Shown piece by piece: positions 39,885 to 49,253 of a stretch of DNA of 64,000 nt; position 1 is the first letter of the stretch; each line of letters starts with the position of its first letter. The translations under genes and the position numbers were made by a program. The notes beneath the pieces were generated by a model. It was given only the letters and a program-made list of their open reading frames with translations. It did not search any database and had not been told where the DNA came from. This DNA comes from an uncultured Acidobacteriota bacterium (GTDB taxonomy: Bacteria; Acidobacteriota; UBA6911). The DNA lies in the NCBI GenBank assembly GCA_963843575.1, contig CAWJKZ010000014.1, forward strand, positions 800,001 to 864,000. The letters are read 5' to 3'.

Positions 39885-41348
39885 TCACAGGGATTCCTGG
39901 TGAATCATCTGCTCCTTGGTCTGCCAGAGCTTCAGGGTCACTCCCACTTTGTATTCGTGAGGGTTGTGCAGCCGCCTGTAGCTCTCGTGGAGGTGCCCCA
40001 GCTGCTCCCTGCGCCGGTCGCGGATCTCGGCGAGCGGGGGAAACCGGCAGACGAGCGCTCCGTCGCGCACGACGTCCTCCATCAGGTCCGCGCGCCGGGC
40101 CATGTTCAGCTTCTTGCGGCGCAGCGGATTGTTCGGATCAACGATCAGCACGCTTCCGCGATAAACGTCCTCCGAACGGTCGGCCAGGGCGTCGGCTTCC
40201 ATGAACTCGCCCTTGTAGAATCGCACGATTTTCTTCACACCCGGGTTGGTCATTTTTTCCGGGTTGCCGCTCAACTTGATCTTGGGCGTGCCGTTGTATT
40301 CCACCAGCTTGTACACTCCCCCGAGAGCACACCCGCCGGGGCCGGCGCCGACCACCAGGTTGGTCCCGACGCCCCAGGCATCCACTTTCCCGCCCTGAGA
40401 GATCACCTCCTCGATGACAAACTCGTCGAGCTCGTTGGAGGCGAGGATCTTGACATAGGGGAGGCCCGCGCCGTCCAGCAACTCGCGTGCGCGCTGGCTC
40501 AGGAAGGCGAGGTCGCCGCTGTCGATGCGTATCCCGGCCAGCCGGTGGCCCGTATGCTCGAGCTCCCGGGCGACGGTGATCGCGTTCGGGATACCGCTTC
40601 TGAGCGTATCGTAGGTGTCCACCAGGAGCACGCACTCCTCGGGGAATGAGCGGGCGAACGCACGGAAGGACTCGAGTTCCGACCCGTAGACCTGAACCCA
40701 GCTGTGGGCGTGCGTCCCCTTCGCCGGGATTCCCAGCGTGGCGGCACCGAGGACGTTGGACGTCCCTTCCGCCCCGCCGATGTAGGCCGCCCGGCATGCG
40801 CTCAGGGCGCCGTCGGGTCCTTGCGCCCGACGGAGGCCGAACTCGATCAGGGTGCCATGTTTGGACGCTTCCCACATCCGCGCGGCCTTGGTCGCCACGA
40901 GCGTCTGGAAGTTGATGTGGCAAAGCAGGACCGACTCGACGACCTGCGCCGCCAGAAGCCCCCCGCTGACCTGTACGATCGGCTCGTTCGGAAAAACTAC
41001 CGACCCCTCGGGGACGGCGCGGATCGTGCCTGAGAAACGGAAGGTCGACAGGTACCGCAGGAAATCTCCTTTGAAGACTCCGGCCCCGTCCGGGGAACGC
41101 TGCGAGCGCAGGTAATCGATGTCGTCGGGGGTGAACGCGAGGCCCAGCACGGCCTCAACCGCGTCCTGGAGGCCGGCGGCGATCGCATACCCCCCGCGAA
41201 ACGGGTTGCGCCGGTAATACAAGTCGAACGTCGCGCTGTCCGCGTGCTTTCCCTGATCGAGGTAGCCTGCGGCCATGGTGAGCTCGTAGTAGTCGGTCAG
41301 CAACGCTTCTGTCGGCAAGGTGGAACCTCCGAGGTCTGCCGCGCTCAA
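39885..41348 (-). CDS. pncB: Nicotinate phosphoribosyltransferase
   Basis: LLTDYYELTM, EFGLRRAQG, GTHAHSW, LVDTYD, IRIDSGDL, GVGTNL, GVYKL. Confidence 0.95.
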   Translation of the reverse strand: MSAADLGGSTLPTEALLTDYYELTMAAGYLDQGKHADSATFDLYYRRNPFRGGYAIAAGLQDAVEAVLGLAFTPDDIDYLRSQRSPDGAGVFKGDFLRYLSTFRFSGTIRAVPEGSVVFPNEPIVQVSGGLLAAQVVESVLLCHINFQTLVATKAARMWEASKHGTLIEFGLRRAQGPDGALSACRAAYIGGAEGTSNVLGAATLGIPAKGTHAHSWVQVYGSELESFRAFARSFPEECVLLVDTYDTLRSGIPNAITVARELEHTGHRLAGIRIDSGDLAFLSQRARELLDGAGLPYVKILASNELDEFVIEEVISQGGKVDAWGVGTNLVVGAGPGGCALGGVYKLVEYNGTPKIKLSGNPEKMTNPGVKKIVRFYKGEFMEADALADRSEDVYRGSVLIVDPNNPLRRKKLNMARRADLMEDVVRDGALVCRFPPLAEIRDRRREQLGHLHESYRRLHNPHEYKVGVTLKLWQTKEQMIHQESL

Positions 41349-42979
41349 ATCTGCAGGCGCATCGCCACCGGCATCCGGCGGCCGGTGCCGAAAGCACGGG
41401 TGGTCACCTTCAGTCCGGGCGCGGCCTGGCGGCGTTTGTACTCGTTGAGGTGGACCAGCCGGACGATAGATCGGACCGTGTCGCGGTCGTAACCTCGGCC
41501 GACGATCTCGTCGACGCTCATGTGCTCCTCGACTCGAAGCCGCAGGATCCCGTCGAGCAACTCGTACGGAGGCAGACTGTCCTGGTCGGTCTGGTCGGGC
41601 CGCAGTTCCGCCGTCGGCGCCCTGTGGATCGTGTTCTCCGGAATGATCGGCCCCTCACGGTTTATATAGGCCGCCAACTGGTAGACCACAGTCTTGGGCA
41701 CGTCGGAAATGACTGCCAGTCCGCCTGCCATGTCGCCGTACAGGGTGCAGTATCCTACGGCAAGCTCGGATTTGTTCCCGGTGCTGAGGACGAGGTGACC
41801 GAACTTGTTCGACAGGGCCATCAGGATGTTGCCGCGAATGCGGGCCTGCAGGTTTTCTTCGGCGGTGTCCTGAGCGAGGCCGGCGAAAGGCGGGGCGAGC
41901 AGCCGCAGGTATTCCGAGAAGACGGGGGTTATCGGGATCACCTGGAACCGGATGCCAAGAGCCGCGGCGAGGGAGCGGGCGTCGTCGAGGCTCTCGGGTG
42001 CCGAGTAGACCGAGGGCATGGAAACTCCGTGCACCCTGTCGGGACCCAGGGCGCGTGCGGCCACGCACGCGGTCACCGCCGAATCTATCCCGCCGCTCAG
42101 CCCGAGGACTACCGAGCCGAACCCGCACTTGCGCGCGTAGTCGCGCGTCCCGGTCACGAGCGCGTCCAACAGATCGCGCATCGGCTCCGCCTCGTCATAT
42201 CCGACGTCCCCCGCGGAGTCGGGGTCGACGACATACAAGCCCTCGGCGAAACTGCCTCCCCGGCAGAGTACGTTCCCGGTCCGTCCGAGGGCGAGGCTGT
42301 TGCCATCGAAGAGGATGTCGTCGTTGCCGCCGACCAGGTTCACATACAACAGGGGCACCGCGTGTTTGCGGACGTGCTCCGAGAGCATCCTGTAGCGGGC
42401 GGCGGGCTTGTGCATCTCGAAGGGGGAAGCCGAGAGATTGATCAGCAGGTCCGCGCCCTTTTCGACCTGAAAGCGAATCGGGTCGATCGGGTACATACGC
42501 TTCGGCCAGAAGTCCTCGGCGTTCCAGGCGTCCTCGCAGATCGATACCCCGATTGAACGCCCTCGGAACCGGACGAGGCTGTTGTCGAACCCCTCCTGAA
42601 AGTACCGGTCCTCGTCGAACACGTCATAGGTGGGTAGCAGCATCTTGTGGTACACGGACTGGACGCGGCCGTCGAAGGCGAACGCCGCTGCGTTGAAATA
42701 CTCTCGCCCCTGCCCGCTCCGGTTGCGGTCGACGAAGCCGACCAGCACCGCGATCTCGCCGGAGCGTCGGCCGATCTCTTCCAGCGCCGTCAGGTTGGCG
42801 TCAACGAAACCGTTCAGGGACAGCAGGTCGCGAGGAGGATATCCCGTCAGGCAGAGTTCCGGGAATACGACCAGGTCCGCACCGAGCCGGCGCGACCTGT
42901 CCATGCAGTCGAGCACACGGGCTTTGTTGCCGTCGAGGTCCCCGACGACCGTGTTGATCTGCGCCATCGCGATTTGCAT
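41345..42979 (-). CDS. nadE: Glutamine-dependent NAD+ synthetase
   Basis: Nitrilase domain (FPELCLTGYPP, K, ICED) plus GLSGGIDS, NLQARIRG, TGNKSE, GYCTLYGD, NEYKRRQ. Confidence 0.96.
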   Translation of the reverse strand: MQIAMAQINTVVGDLDGNKARVLDCMDRSRRLGADLVVFPELCLTGYPPRDLLSLNGFVDANLTALEEIGRRSGEIAVLVGFVDRNRSGQGREYFNAAAFAFDGRVQSVYHKMLLPTYDVFDEDRYFQEGFDNSLVRFRGRSIGVSICEDAWNAEDFWPKRMYPIDPIRFQVEKGADLLINLSASPFEMHKPAARYRMLSEHVRKHAVPLLYVNLVGGNDDILFDGNSLALGRTGNVLCRGGSFAEGLYVVDPDSAGDVGYDEAEPMRDLLDALVTGTRDYARKCGFGSVVLGLSGGIDSAVTACVAARALGPDRVHGVSMPSVYSAPESLDDARSLAAALGIRFQVIPITPVFSEYLRLLAPPFAGLAQDTAEENLQARIRGNILMALSNKFGHLVLSTGNKSELAVGYCTLYGDMAGGLAVISDVPKTVVYQLAAYINREGPIIPENTIHRAPTAELRPDQTDQDSLPPYELLDGILRLRVEEHMSVDEIVGRGYDRDTVRSIVRLVHLNEYKRRQAAPGLKVTTRAFGTGRRMPVAMRLQI

Positions 42980-43000
42980 CTGAGCCTCCGAGCCACCGGT

Positions 43001-44413
43001 TCAGTCACGGGGGAAACTGGCGTGCCAGGCGGTCGCCTGTTCGAAGCCCTGCGCGGCACGCAGGACCGTGGACTCCTCCATCGGCCGGCCGATCAGCTGC
43101 AGGCCCGCGGGAAGCCCGTCGGATGCGAAACCGCACGGGAGCGAGATGGCGGGAAAACCCGTGAGGTTTCCGGGACGGGTCAGACGGAGCAGTGCCAGCC
43201 GGACGTCTTCGGGGCCCTTCCCGGTGGAGACCTCTGTCGCCTCGATCGCCGGGGCGGTCACGGGTAGGGTCGGGGCTGCAAGCACGTCGACATGTTCCAG
43301 ACTCGTGAGAAACGCCCTCCGGTACTCCGCCCGGCGTCGTTGCGCGCGGAGATACGCCACCAGGGTCATCTCTTTGCAGGCTTCGAGCCTCGACCGCAGA
43401 TCGTCGCCGTATTCCGACGGCCGCTTCCCAAACCACTCCCAATGGTAGGCCAGCGCCTCGCCCACCGTGATGTCCCCGGCAAGCGTCGCGGTTTCGGGCA
43501 TCATCTTCAGGTTGACCTCGCGCAGCTCCCCGCCGGCACGCTCGATATCCGCGATGGCCGCAAGCGTCAAACGCCGGATCTCCGGCTGCAGCCGGTCGAA
43601 GAAGTACTGACGCGGCACCCCGATGCGCAGCCCTTTCAGTCCCATTGTCATTCCGCGAGTGAAGGACTCGCCCCGCGGTCCGAACGTGGCCGGGTCTCGC
43701 GGGTCGGCTCCGGCAATCGCTTCGAGCAGCAGGGCCGCGTCCCGGACACAGCGGGTGATCGGTCCCGAGTGATCCAGGCTCGAGGAGAGGGGAATAACAC
43801 CGTGGAGGGGAACACGTCCGTAGGTCGGCTTGAGCCCCACGCACCCGCAAGCCGCCGCAGGTATCCGGATGGAGCCGCCGGTGTCGGTCCCGAGCGACCC
43901 CACGCAGAGGCCGGCAGCGACGGCCGCGGCGCTTCCACCGCTAGACCCGCCCGGGACACGGCCGCGCGCCCAGGGGTTGCGGACGGGACCATAATGTGGG
44001 TTGACGCTTGTCGCTCCGAACGCGAATTCGTGCAGATTCGTCTTCCCCAGAAGGATCGCCCCGGCTTCGAGCAGCCGGTCCACTACGCACGCGTTCTCCG
44101 CCGGCTTGAACCGGCGCAGGATCAGGGACCCGGCGGTGGTCCTGATGCCACGGGTGTAGAAGAGATCCTTGAGGGACAGCGGGATGCCGTGGAGAGGGCC
44201 GCGGTATTGGCCTCGCCCAATTTCCCTCTCGGCCATCCTGGCCTGTTTCCGGGCGAGATCGGCCGTCACCGTGATGAAGGCGTTCAGCTCCGGCTGCCGC
44301 TTCTCGATGCGCGCGAGCAGAAAATCGGTGAGTTCGACCGGCGAGAGCTTGCGGCGTCGGATGAGCGGGTGCAGGCGTGCGATCGTCAGGTTGACATCGT
44401 TGGCAAGGTCCAT
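43001..44413 (-). CDS. Amidase signature family protein (GatA-like)
   Basis: GPLHGIPLSLKD (Lys), GKTNLHEFA, PGGSSGGS, GTDTGGSIRIPA (Ser-cisSer-Lys triad). Confidence 0.92.
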   Translation of the reverse strand: MDLANDVNLTIARLHPLIRRRKLSPVELTDFLLARIEKRQPELNAFITVTADLARKQARMAEREIGRGQYRGPLHGIPLSLKDLFYTRGIRTTAGSLILRRFKPAENACVVDRLLEAGAILLGKTNLHEFAFGATSVNPHYGPVRNPWARGRVPGGSSGGSAAAVAAGLCVGSLGTDTGGSIRIPAAACGCVGLKPTYGRVPLHGVIPLSSSLDHSGPITRCVRDAALLLEAIAGADPRDPATFGPRGESFTRGMTMGLKGLRIGVPRQYFFDRLQPEIRRLTLAAIADIERAGGELREVNLKMMPETATLAGDITVGEALAYHWEWFGKRPSEYGDDLRSRLEACKEMTLVAYLRAQRRRAEYRRAFLTSLEHVDVLAAPTLPVTAPAIEATEVSTGKGPEDVRLALLRLTRPGNLTGFPAISLPCGFASDGLPAGLQLIGRPMEESTVLRAAQGFEQATAWHASFPRD

Positions 44414-44562
44414 CGCCCCCTCTCCAGGTGTGACGGGGATAGGCCCAGGCGCGCGCCCGGGCCTCTTAACGTACCATGTCCGGAGGGCGATTGCATCCGC
44501 AGGGCGCGCCCGCCGCCGGGCGGATCGTCACCGGCGGCGGCGGTCCGGGCGCGTCCCTGGCG

Positions 44563-45663
44563 CTACAGCCTTTCGAGGTGTGGGTCCTCCTCTATTGCCG
44601 GTTTCGCTTCGACGCGGGAAAGCATCAGGGCGGCGATCATGGCCGCGATAAAAACGCCGGCGACGAGTGCCATGATGTAGGTGCGCAACCGCCGCACGGG
44701 ATGCAGCACCCCCGACACTTTTTCGCTCCCGACCACGATCCAGTTCAGGTGGGGATAGAGTTGCGGAAAGCTCCGCTGCGTCAAGCCGAAGACCGAGCCG
44801 GGAGGGTTCGTCGAGAGGAAATAGGATTTGGATTTGTCCCGGGCATTGAGGATGTCGAGCGTGGACGGATAAATGCTCTGGCGCAGGCTGCTGTACCCTG
44901 GCGCGGAGATCACGTCCCCGCGCGCGTGAATCAGGGCGACGGTCGCGCCGGGCCCGACCTCGATCGACCCGATCAGGGAATCGATTCCCTGCAGGCTCAT
45001 GGATACCCGGATCACGCCGATCACGCCGCCCTCGGGCTCGACAAACGGCTGGGCCACCTCCATCACGTACGACTTGGCCTGATCGTCATAGCGGGCATCG
45101 CCGATGTAGACCGAGCCCCGGAAACCGTCGCCATAGGTTTCCTTCCACCAGTCCTCGTGCGCCCGGTAGTATGCGGGACTCTTCGAAGTCGCGGCCACCA
45201 GGCGGCCCAGGAAATCCGTGACGAAGATGTCCCGGTAGTACTTGTTGACGGAGGTGTAGCGCCTCAGGAAACTCGAGCCGGGGCTCTCCATCACGGCTTT
45301 GACCACCGGGGCGCCGCGGTCGCCAGCCCGCCAGGCGGCCTCCATCCGAGGGATGGACTTGCGCACCTCGAACAGATTGCCGGCCAGGTCGAGGTTGCCC
45401 TTGACGACCGCCGCGCGCAGCACGTCCACCTCTGTGAGGCCCGCAACTGCTATGATTTGGTTCTGCAGATAGCCGTTGACCGAACTGAACGCGGTCTCCG
45501 CCATGTTGCTGAGGTTCGCCCCGGTTGCAGCGAGCTCGACGTCGGCGTGGCTCGCGAACAACCACCAGGTCCCGCACAGGATCGGGATGGCAGCAAGGAC
45601 GAGCAGGATGGAGAAAGTCCTGAAGTCGACCTTTACGGATTGCTGGTTGCGAGAGTTGTTCAT
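44563..45663 (-). CDS. Membrane protein with extracytoplasmic Cache-like sensor domain and no cytoplasmic output domain
   Basis: TM1, YRDIFVTDFLGRLVAAT, YYRAHEDWW, YIGDARYD, VIGVIRVS, WIVV, TM2, then a short tail and stop. Confidence 0.7.
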   Translation of the reverse strand: MNNSRNQQSVKVDFRTFSILLVLAAIPILCGTWWLFASHADVELAATGANLSNMAETAFSSVNGYLQNQIIAVAGLTEVDVLRAAVVKGNLDLAGNLFEVRKSIPRMEAAWRAGDRGAPVVKAVMESPGSSFLRRYTSVNKYYRDIFVTDFLGRLVAATSKSPAYYRAHEDWWKETYGDGFRGSVYIGDARYDDQAKSYVMEVAQPFVEPEGGVIGVIRVSMSLQGIDSLIGSIEVGPGATVALIHARGDVISAPGYSSLRQSIYPSTLDILNARDKSKSYFLSTNPPGSVFGLTQRSFPQLYPHLNWIVVGSEKVSGVLHPVRRLRTYIMALVAGVFIAAMIAALMLSRVEAKPAIEEDPHLERL

Positions 45664-45801
45664 ATGTCCTCCCACGTGGGACGGAAGGCGGGGCGGGGGC
45701 GGGGCCATTCGTGGGAGGCACGCGATCGGGGAATGGCGGCGACCCACCCCAAGGTAAACACGTGCTTGATGGACCTATAATACACCCGGTGGGGGGAGAC
45801 G

Positions 45802-46521
45802 ATGGCAAAACACGCCGCACCCGCACGCGAGTTTCAGGCCCTGCAGGACCAGGTCACCCGGTGCCGGAGGTGCGCACGGCTGGTGGCGTGGCGCGAGCGG
45901 GTCGCCGCCGAGAGGGTGCGGCGGTTCCAGGACCAGCCGTACTGGGGCCGGCCCGTCCCGGCTTTCGGCTCGGCTGCCGCGGCGCTGCTGATCGTGGGCC
46001 TTGCCCCGGCCGCGCACGGCGGCAACCGGACCGGGCGCATGTTCACCGGCGACCGCAGCGGCGATTGGATGTTCGAGGCGCTCCACCGCTTCGGTTTCGC
46101 CACCCGGCCATGTTCGGTCGGCCGCGACGACGGACTCGAGCTGACCAACTGCCTCATTACCGCCGCCGTCCGGTGCGCCCCGCCGGACAACAAACCGCTC
46201 CCGGCCGAGATGGATGCGTGCCGCGGCTATCTGAGGGCCGAGCTGCGCATCATCCCACCGCCGCTCGTGGTCGTCGCGCTCGGGCAGATCGCCTTCCGCG
46301 CGTTCCTCAAGGCGTGGCACGAGTCGGGCAGACGGCGCCCGCAACCCTCTCCCCGCTTCGGCCACGGCCGAGAATTCCGCCTGGCTGAAGGCACCTTGCT
46401 CATTTCCTCCTACCACCCAAGCCAGCAGAACACGCAAACCGGAAGACTGACACGCGAGATGTTCCACGCGATCTTCGCGCGGGCCCGCGAGATCGTGAGC
46501 GGAATCGGCGTCGACCGATAA
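45802..46521 (+). CDS. udgB: Uracil-DNA glycosylase family 5 (UdgB type)
   Basis: CRRC Fe-S ligands, GLAPAAHGGNRTGRMFTGDRSG, CAPPDNKP, YHPSQQNTQTG. Confidence 0.92.
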   Translation: MAKHAAPAREFQALQDQVTRCRRCARLVAWRERVAAERVRRFQDQPYWGRPVPAFGSAAAALLIVGLAPAAHGGNRTGRMFTGDRSGDWMFEALHRFGFATRPCSVGRDDGLELTNCLITAAVRCAPPDNKPLPAEMDACRGYLRAELRIIPPPLVVVALGQIAFRAFLKAWHESGRRRPQPSPRFGHGREFRLAEGTLLISSYHPSQQNTQTGRLTREMFHAIFARAREIVSGIGVDR

Positions 46522-46692
46522 GGCAGCCCCGGAGGCCCGTGGCTCCCCGCAGGCCGCTCCGGTCCCCGTCCGGGAATGCGTACCGCCGGTTGATTATTTC
46601 GCGGGATGTGGGCAGAATTGCAGGTTAGCCAAAACCCGAACACACTTTCGCCCCTTGTGATCCCGGGGCCGGACAGAGAGAGGCGGCAATCT

Positions 46693-47400
46693 ATGAACAG
46701 GAGTTGCTTCGGAGCGTTCGCGCTCGTGTGTCTAGTCCTGGCGTATCCTGCCACCGCGTCGGCGGACACCGGTTCCGTGGTCGGCAAGTGGCTGGCCCAC
46801 GCCGAGACGCCGCAGGGCCCCCTGGAACTGACCTTCGACTTCCGCATGGACGGAGACCGGATGGTCGGGACCGTGACCGTGCACGAGAGCGTGATGCCCG
46901 CCTCGGCCCTCAAATTCGAGGATCCGCAGCTTACGCTGCAGATAAATTTCCTGGGAGGCGACTACCGGATCGCGGGCGCCCTCAAGGACGACACGCTTGT
47001 CGGAGGCTGGGAGCAGATCGGGGGCGAGATGAAGGGCACCTGGAAAGCCGAGCGGGCCGCCGCCGAGAACAACACGGCTACCGCCCCCTCCGCACCCGGC
47101 GCCGCCGGCATCGAGGGGACGTGGAACTCCGTCGCCGCTTCCCCCGATGGTGAACTCCCATTCACCATCGAGTTGAAGCGGTCGGGCCCGGCCCTGGAGG
47201 GGAAAATCACCGCCGGAGCGGAGAGCGTCCCGCTCGAGAAGGTGACGTTCTCCGACGGCAAGCTGAGTTTCCAGGTCGAGTACGCCGGCGGCCTGTACCG
47301 CATCGAGGCCACGCTCGCGGGCGACAAACTCACCGGTAAGTGGTCGTCGATCGACGGCACCGACAGCGGCGCCTTTTCCGCCGACCGCGGCAGGCCTTGA
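46693..47400 (+). CDS. Exported protein with two tandem beta-barrel-like repeats
   Basis: Signal peptide ending ASA; repeats VGKW...LVGGW...WKAER and EGTW...LTGKW...FSADR joined by an Ala/Pro linker. Confidence 0.7.
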   Translation: MNRSCFGAFALVCLVLAYPATASADTGSVVGKWLAHAETPQGPLELTFDFRMDGDRMVGTVTVHESVMPASALKFEDPQLTLQINFLGGDYRIAGALKDDTLVGGWEQIGGEMKGTWKAERAAAENNTATAPSAPGAAGIEGTWNSVAASPDGELPFTIELKRSGPALEGKITAGAESVPLEKVTFSDGKLSFQVEYAGGLYRIEATLAGDKLTGKWSSIDGTDSGAFSADRGRP

Positions 47401-47417
47401 GGGAACGCCGGCGGCCC

Positions 47418-48302
47418 ATGCACGCAGGCCTGAGCGACGCAGTCGCGGAACCCATGACCCAGGAATCGAGGATACCGGCGCACCTGCTCGCCAAAATCGA
47501 GTTGTCCGAAGGGCTGGCCATTTTTCGCTTCGGTTTGCAGAGAGATTTTCACTTCAGGCCCGGCCAGTATGCAACATTGTGGTTGACCCATCGCGGGAAG
47601 ACGATTCCACGCCCGTACTCGATCGCGTCGTCCCCTGTGGAGACGCGGGTGCTCGAGTTCTACATCAACCTGGTGAGCGAGGGGCGCCTGACCCACTCCC
47701 TGTGGGACCCGGAGGTTCTGCAGGGCCTGGAGAACGGCGACCCGGGGACGGCAGCCGCCATCACCGGTCCCAAGGGTAAGTTCGTGCTCGATCCGGAGGA
47801 CCGGCGCGACCTGGTTTTCGTCGCCTCCGGCACCGGCCTGGCCCCGTTCATGAGCATGATCCGGAAGCTCAACGAGGATTTCCTGTCCGATCCGGAAGGC
47901 TTCAGCCCGCGCCGGGTCGTCGTGATCCATGGTGCCAGCCTCTCGAGCAATCTGGGCTACCACCAGGAACTCTCGGGACTCGCCTCGGAGAGCCTGCGGC
48001 ACCCGGGGCGCAAGCTCAGCCTGGTCTACCTGCCGACCATAAGCCGTCCGCACGTGGACGCGGCCTGGGCAGGCCTGAAGGGGCGCGCCGAAGCCCTGCT
48101 CGAGCCGCTGCCGCTGGTCGGCCCCCTGCCCCCCGGGCTGCAGGAGATCGTGCGCGGCCTGCTCGTGACGATGATGCTTCCTCAGACCCACGCGGTGTAC
48201 GCCTGCGGCCACCCCGGCACGATCGACAGCGTGCTGCGCACCCTCGGGGCGCGCGGCTTCAGGCCCGACATCGACGTCAAGCGCGAGAAATACTACTCTT
48301 GA
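47418..48302 (+). CDS. fpr: Ferredoxin/flavodoxin--NADP+ reductase
   Basis: FRPGQY, RPYSIASSP, VASGTGLAPF, YACGHP, C-terminal EKYYS; alternative start at 47455. Confidence 0.85.
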   Translation: MHAGLSDAVAEPMTQESRIPAHLLAKIELSEGLAIFRFGLQRDFHFRPGQYATLWLTHRGKTIPRPYSIASSPVETRVLEFYINLVSEGRLTHSLWDPEVLQGLENGDPGTAAAITGPKGKFVLDPEDRRDLVFVASGTGLAPFMSMIRKLNEDFLSDPEGFSPRRVVVIHGASLSSNLGYHQELSGLASESLRHPGRKLSLVYLPTISRPHVDAAWAGLKGRAEALLEPLPLVGPLPPGLQEIVRGLLVTMMLPQTHAVYACGHPGTIDSVLRTLGARGFRPDIDVKREKYYS

Positions 48303-48374
48303 AACAGGGACCGGGTTGGGATTCACTCCGGGTCCGGCCCCGGTCATATGGAAAGTTCCTGAACCGAGGTTGCC

Positions 48375-48956
48375 ATGAAAAGATCTCAGATCAATGCCGC
48401 CATCCGCTGCGCCGGTGAAGCCTTCCGGAAGGCGGGCTGGACGCTTCCCCCCAAGCCGCGCTGGGACGTCACCGATTTCGGGCTCGGCCGATTCCCGGAG
48501 CGCGGCCTCGTGCTCGTGAACCTGGCGGAAGAACCGGAGTACTGCGAGAAGCTGATGTTTGCCGCCCGGGGGCAGCGCACGCCGGCCCACAGCCACGGCA
48601 CCAAGAAGGAAGACATCATCGTGCGCAGCGGGGTGCTGCGCGTTCAGCTCTGGAACGGAGCGCCGGGCCGCGATGCCGGCGTGGTGGCGGTACGGGTCAA
48701 CGGCGAAGAACGGGAATTCCCGACCGGCAGCATCCTCGACCTGAGCGCAGGCGAGCGCGTCACCCTTCGGCCCGGCGTGTACCACGAGTTCTGGCCCTCG
48801 TCCGACGGTTGCGTCATCGGCGAGGTTTCCACCGCCAACGACGACGCGCACGACAACTACTTCGCGGACCCCGCCATCGGCCGCTTCCCCGCCGTCGACG
48901 AGGACGAACCCCCGCTGGCCAGGCTCGTCAGCGAGACGGGGTCCGGCTGCGGGTAG
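48375..48956 (+). CDS. D-lyxose/D-mannose family sugar isomerase (cupin)
   Basis: MKRSQIN, WDVTDFG, YCEK, TPAHSH..KKEDI, YHEFW, GEVSTANDDAHDNYF. Confidence 0.88.
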   Translation: MKRSQINAAIRCAGEAFRKAGWTLPPKPRWDVTDFGLGRFPERGLVLVNLAEEPEYCEKLMFAARGQRTPAHSHGTKKEDIIVRSGVLRVQLWNGAPGRDAGVVAVRVNGEEREFPTGSILDLSAGERVTLRPGVYHEFWPSSDGCVIGEVSTANDDAHDNYFADPAIGRFPAVDEDEPPLARLVSETGSGCG

Positions 48957-48968
48957 CTAATACTCACG

Positions 48969-49147
48969 TTCATAAATACGCTAACGATTCCAGGACGCGG
49001 ATTTGCGCTGATTCACGCGGATGTTGACTTGGTAACAGGCCGCGTTGCCAACCCCATCTCAGAAATACGTTAGCGTGTTATGAAATCTGCGCCGGGTGCC
49101 GTGCGGCATCCAGCCCCGCTGAGCTCTGCCAGCGTTCATCCGCGTCC
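48969..49147. repeat. Composite palindromic intergenic element (two interleaved inverted repeats)
   Basis: ttcataaatacgctaacg (48969-48986) / cgttagcgtgttatgaa (49068-49084) and ggacgcggatttgcgctg (48993-49010) / cagcgttcatccgcgtcc (49130-49147). Confidence 0.65.
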
Positions 49148-49253
49148 AAAAGATTTGAGTCGCCTGCGCACTGTCTGAATCGCAGCGGTGGGTCCGTCTG
49201 TGTTTGCATTTGGCGGCTGCAGCCTGCATTATAGGGGGTTTCACGAGCCCGAT

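Noticed and set aside
43001-44413. Calling the amidase gatA
   Set aside because: No adjacent gatB/gatC, and the GatA-typical EFAMGSS and RYDG motifs are absent.
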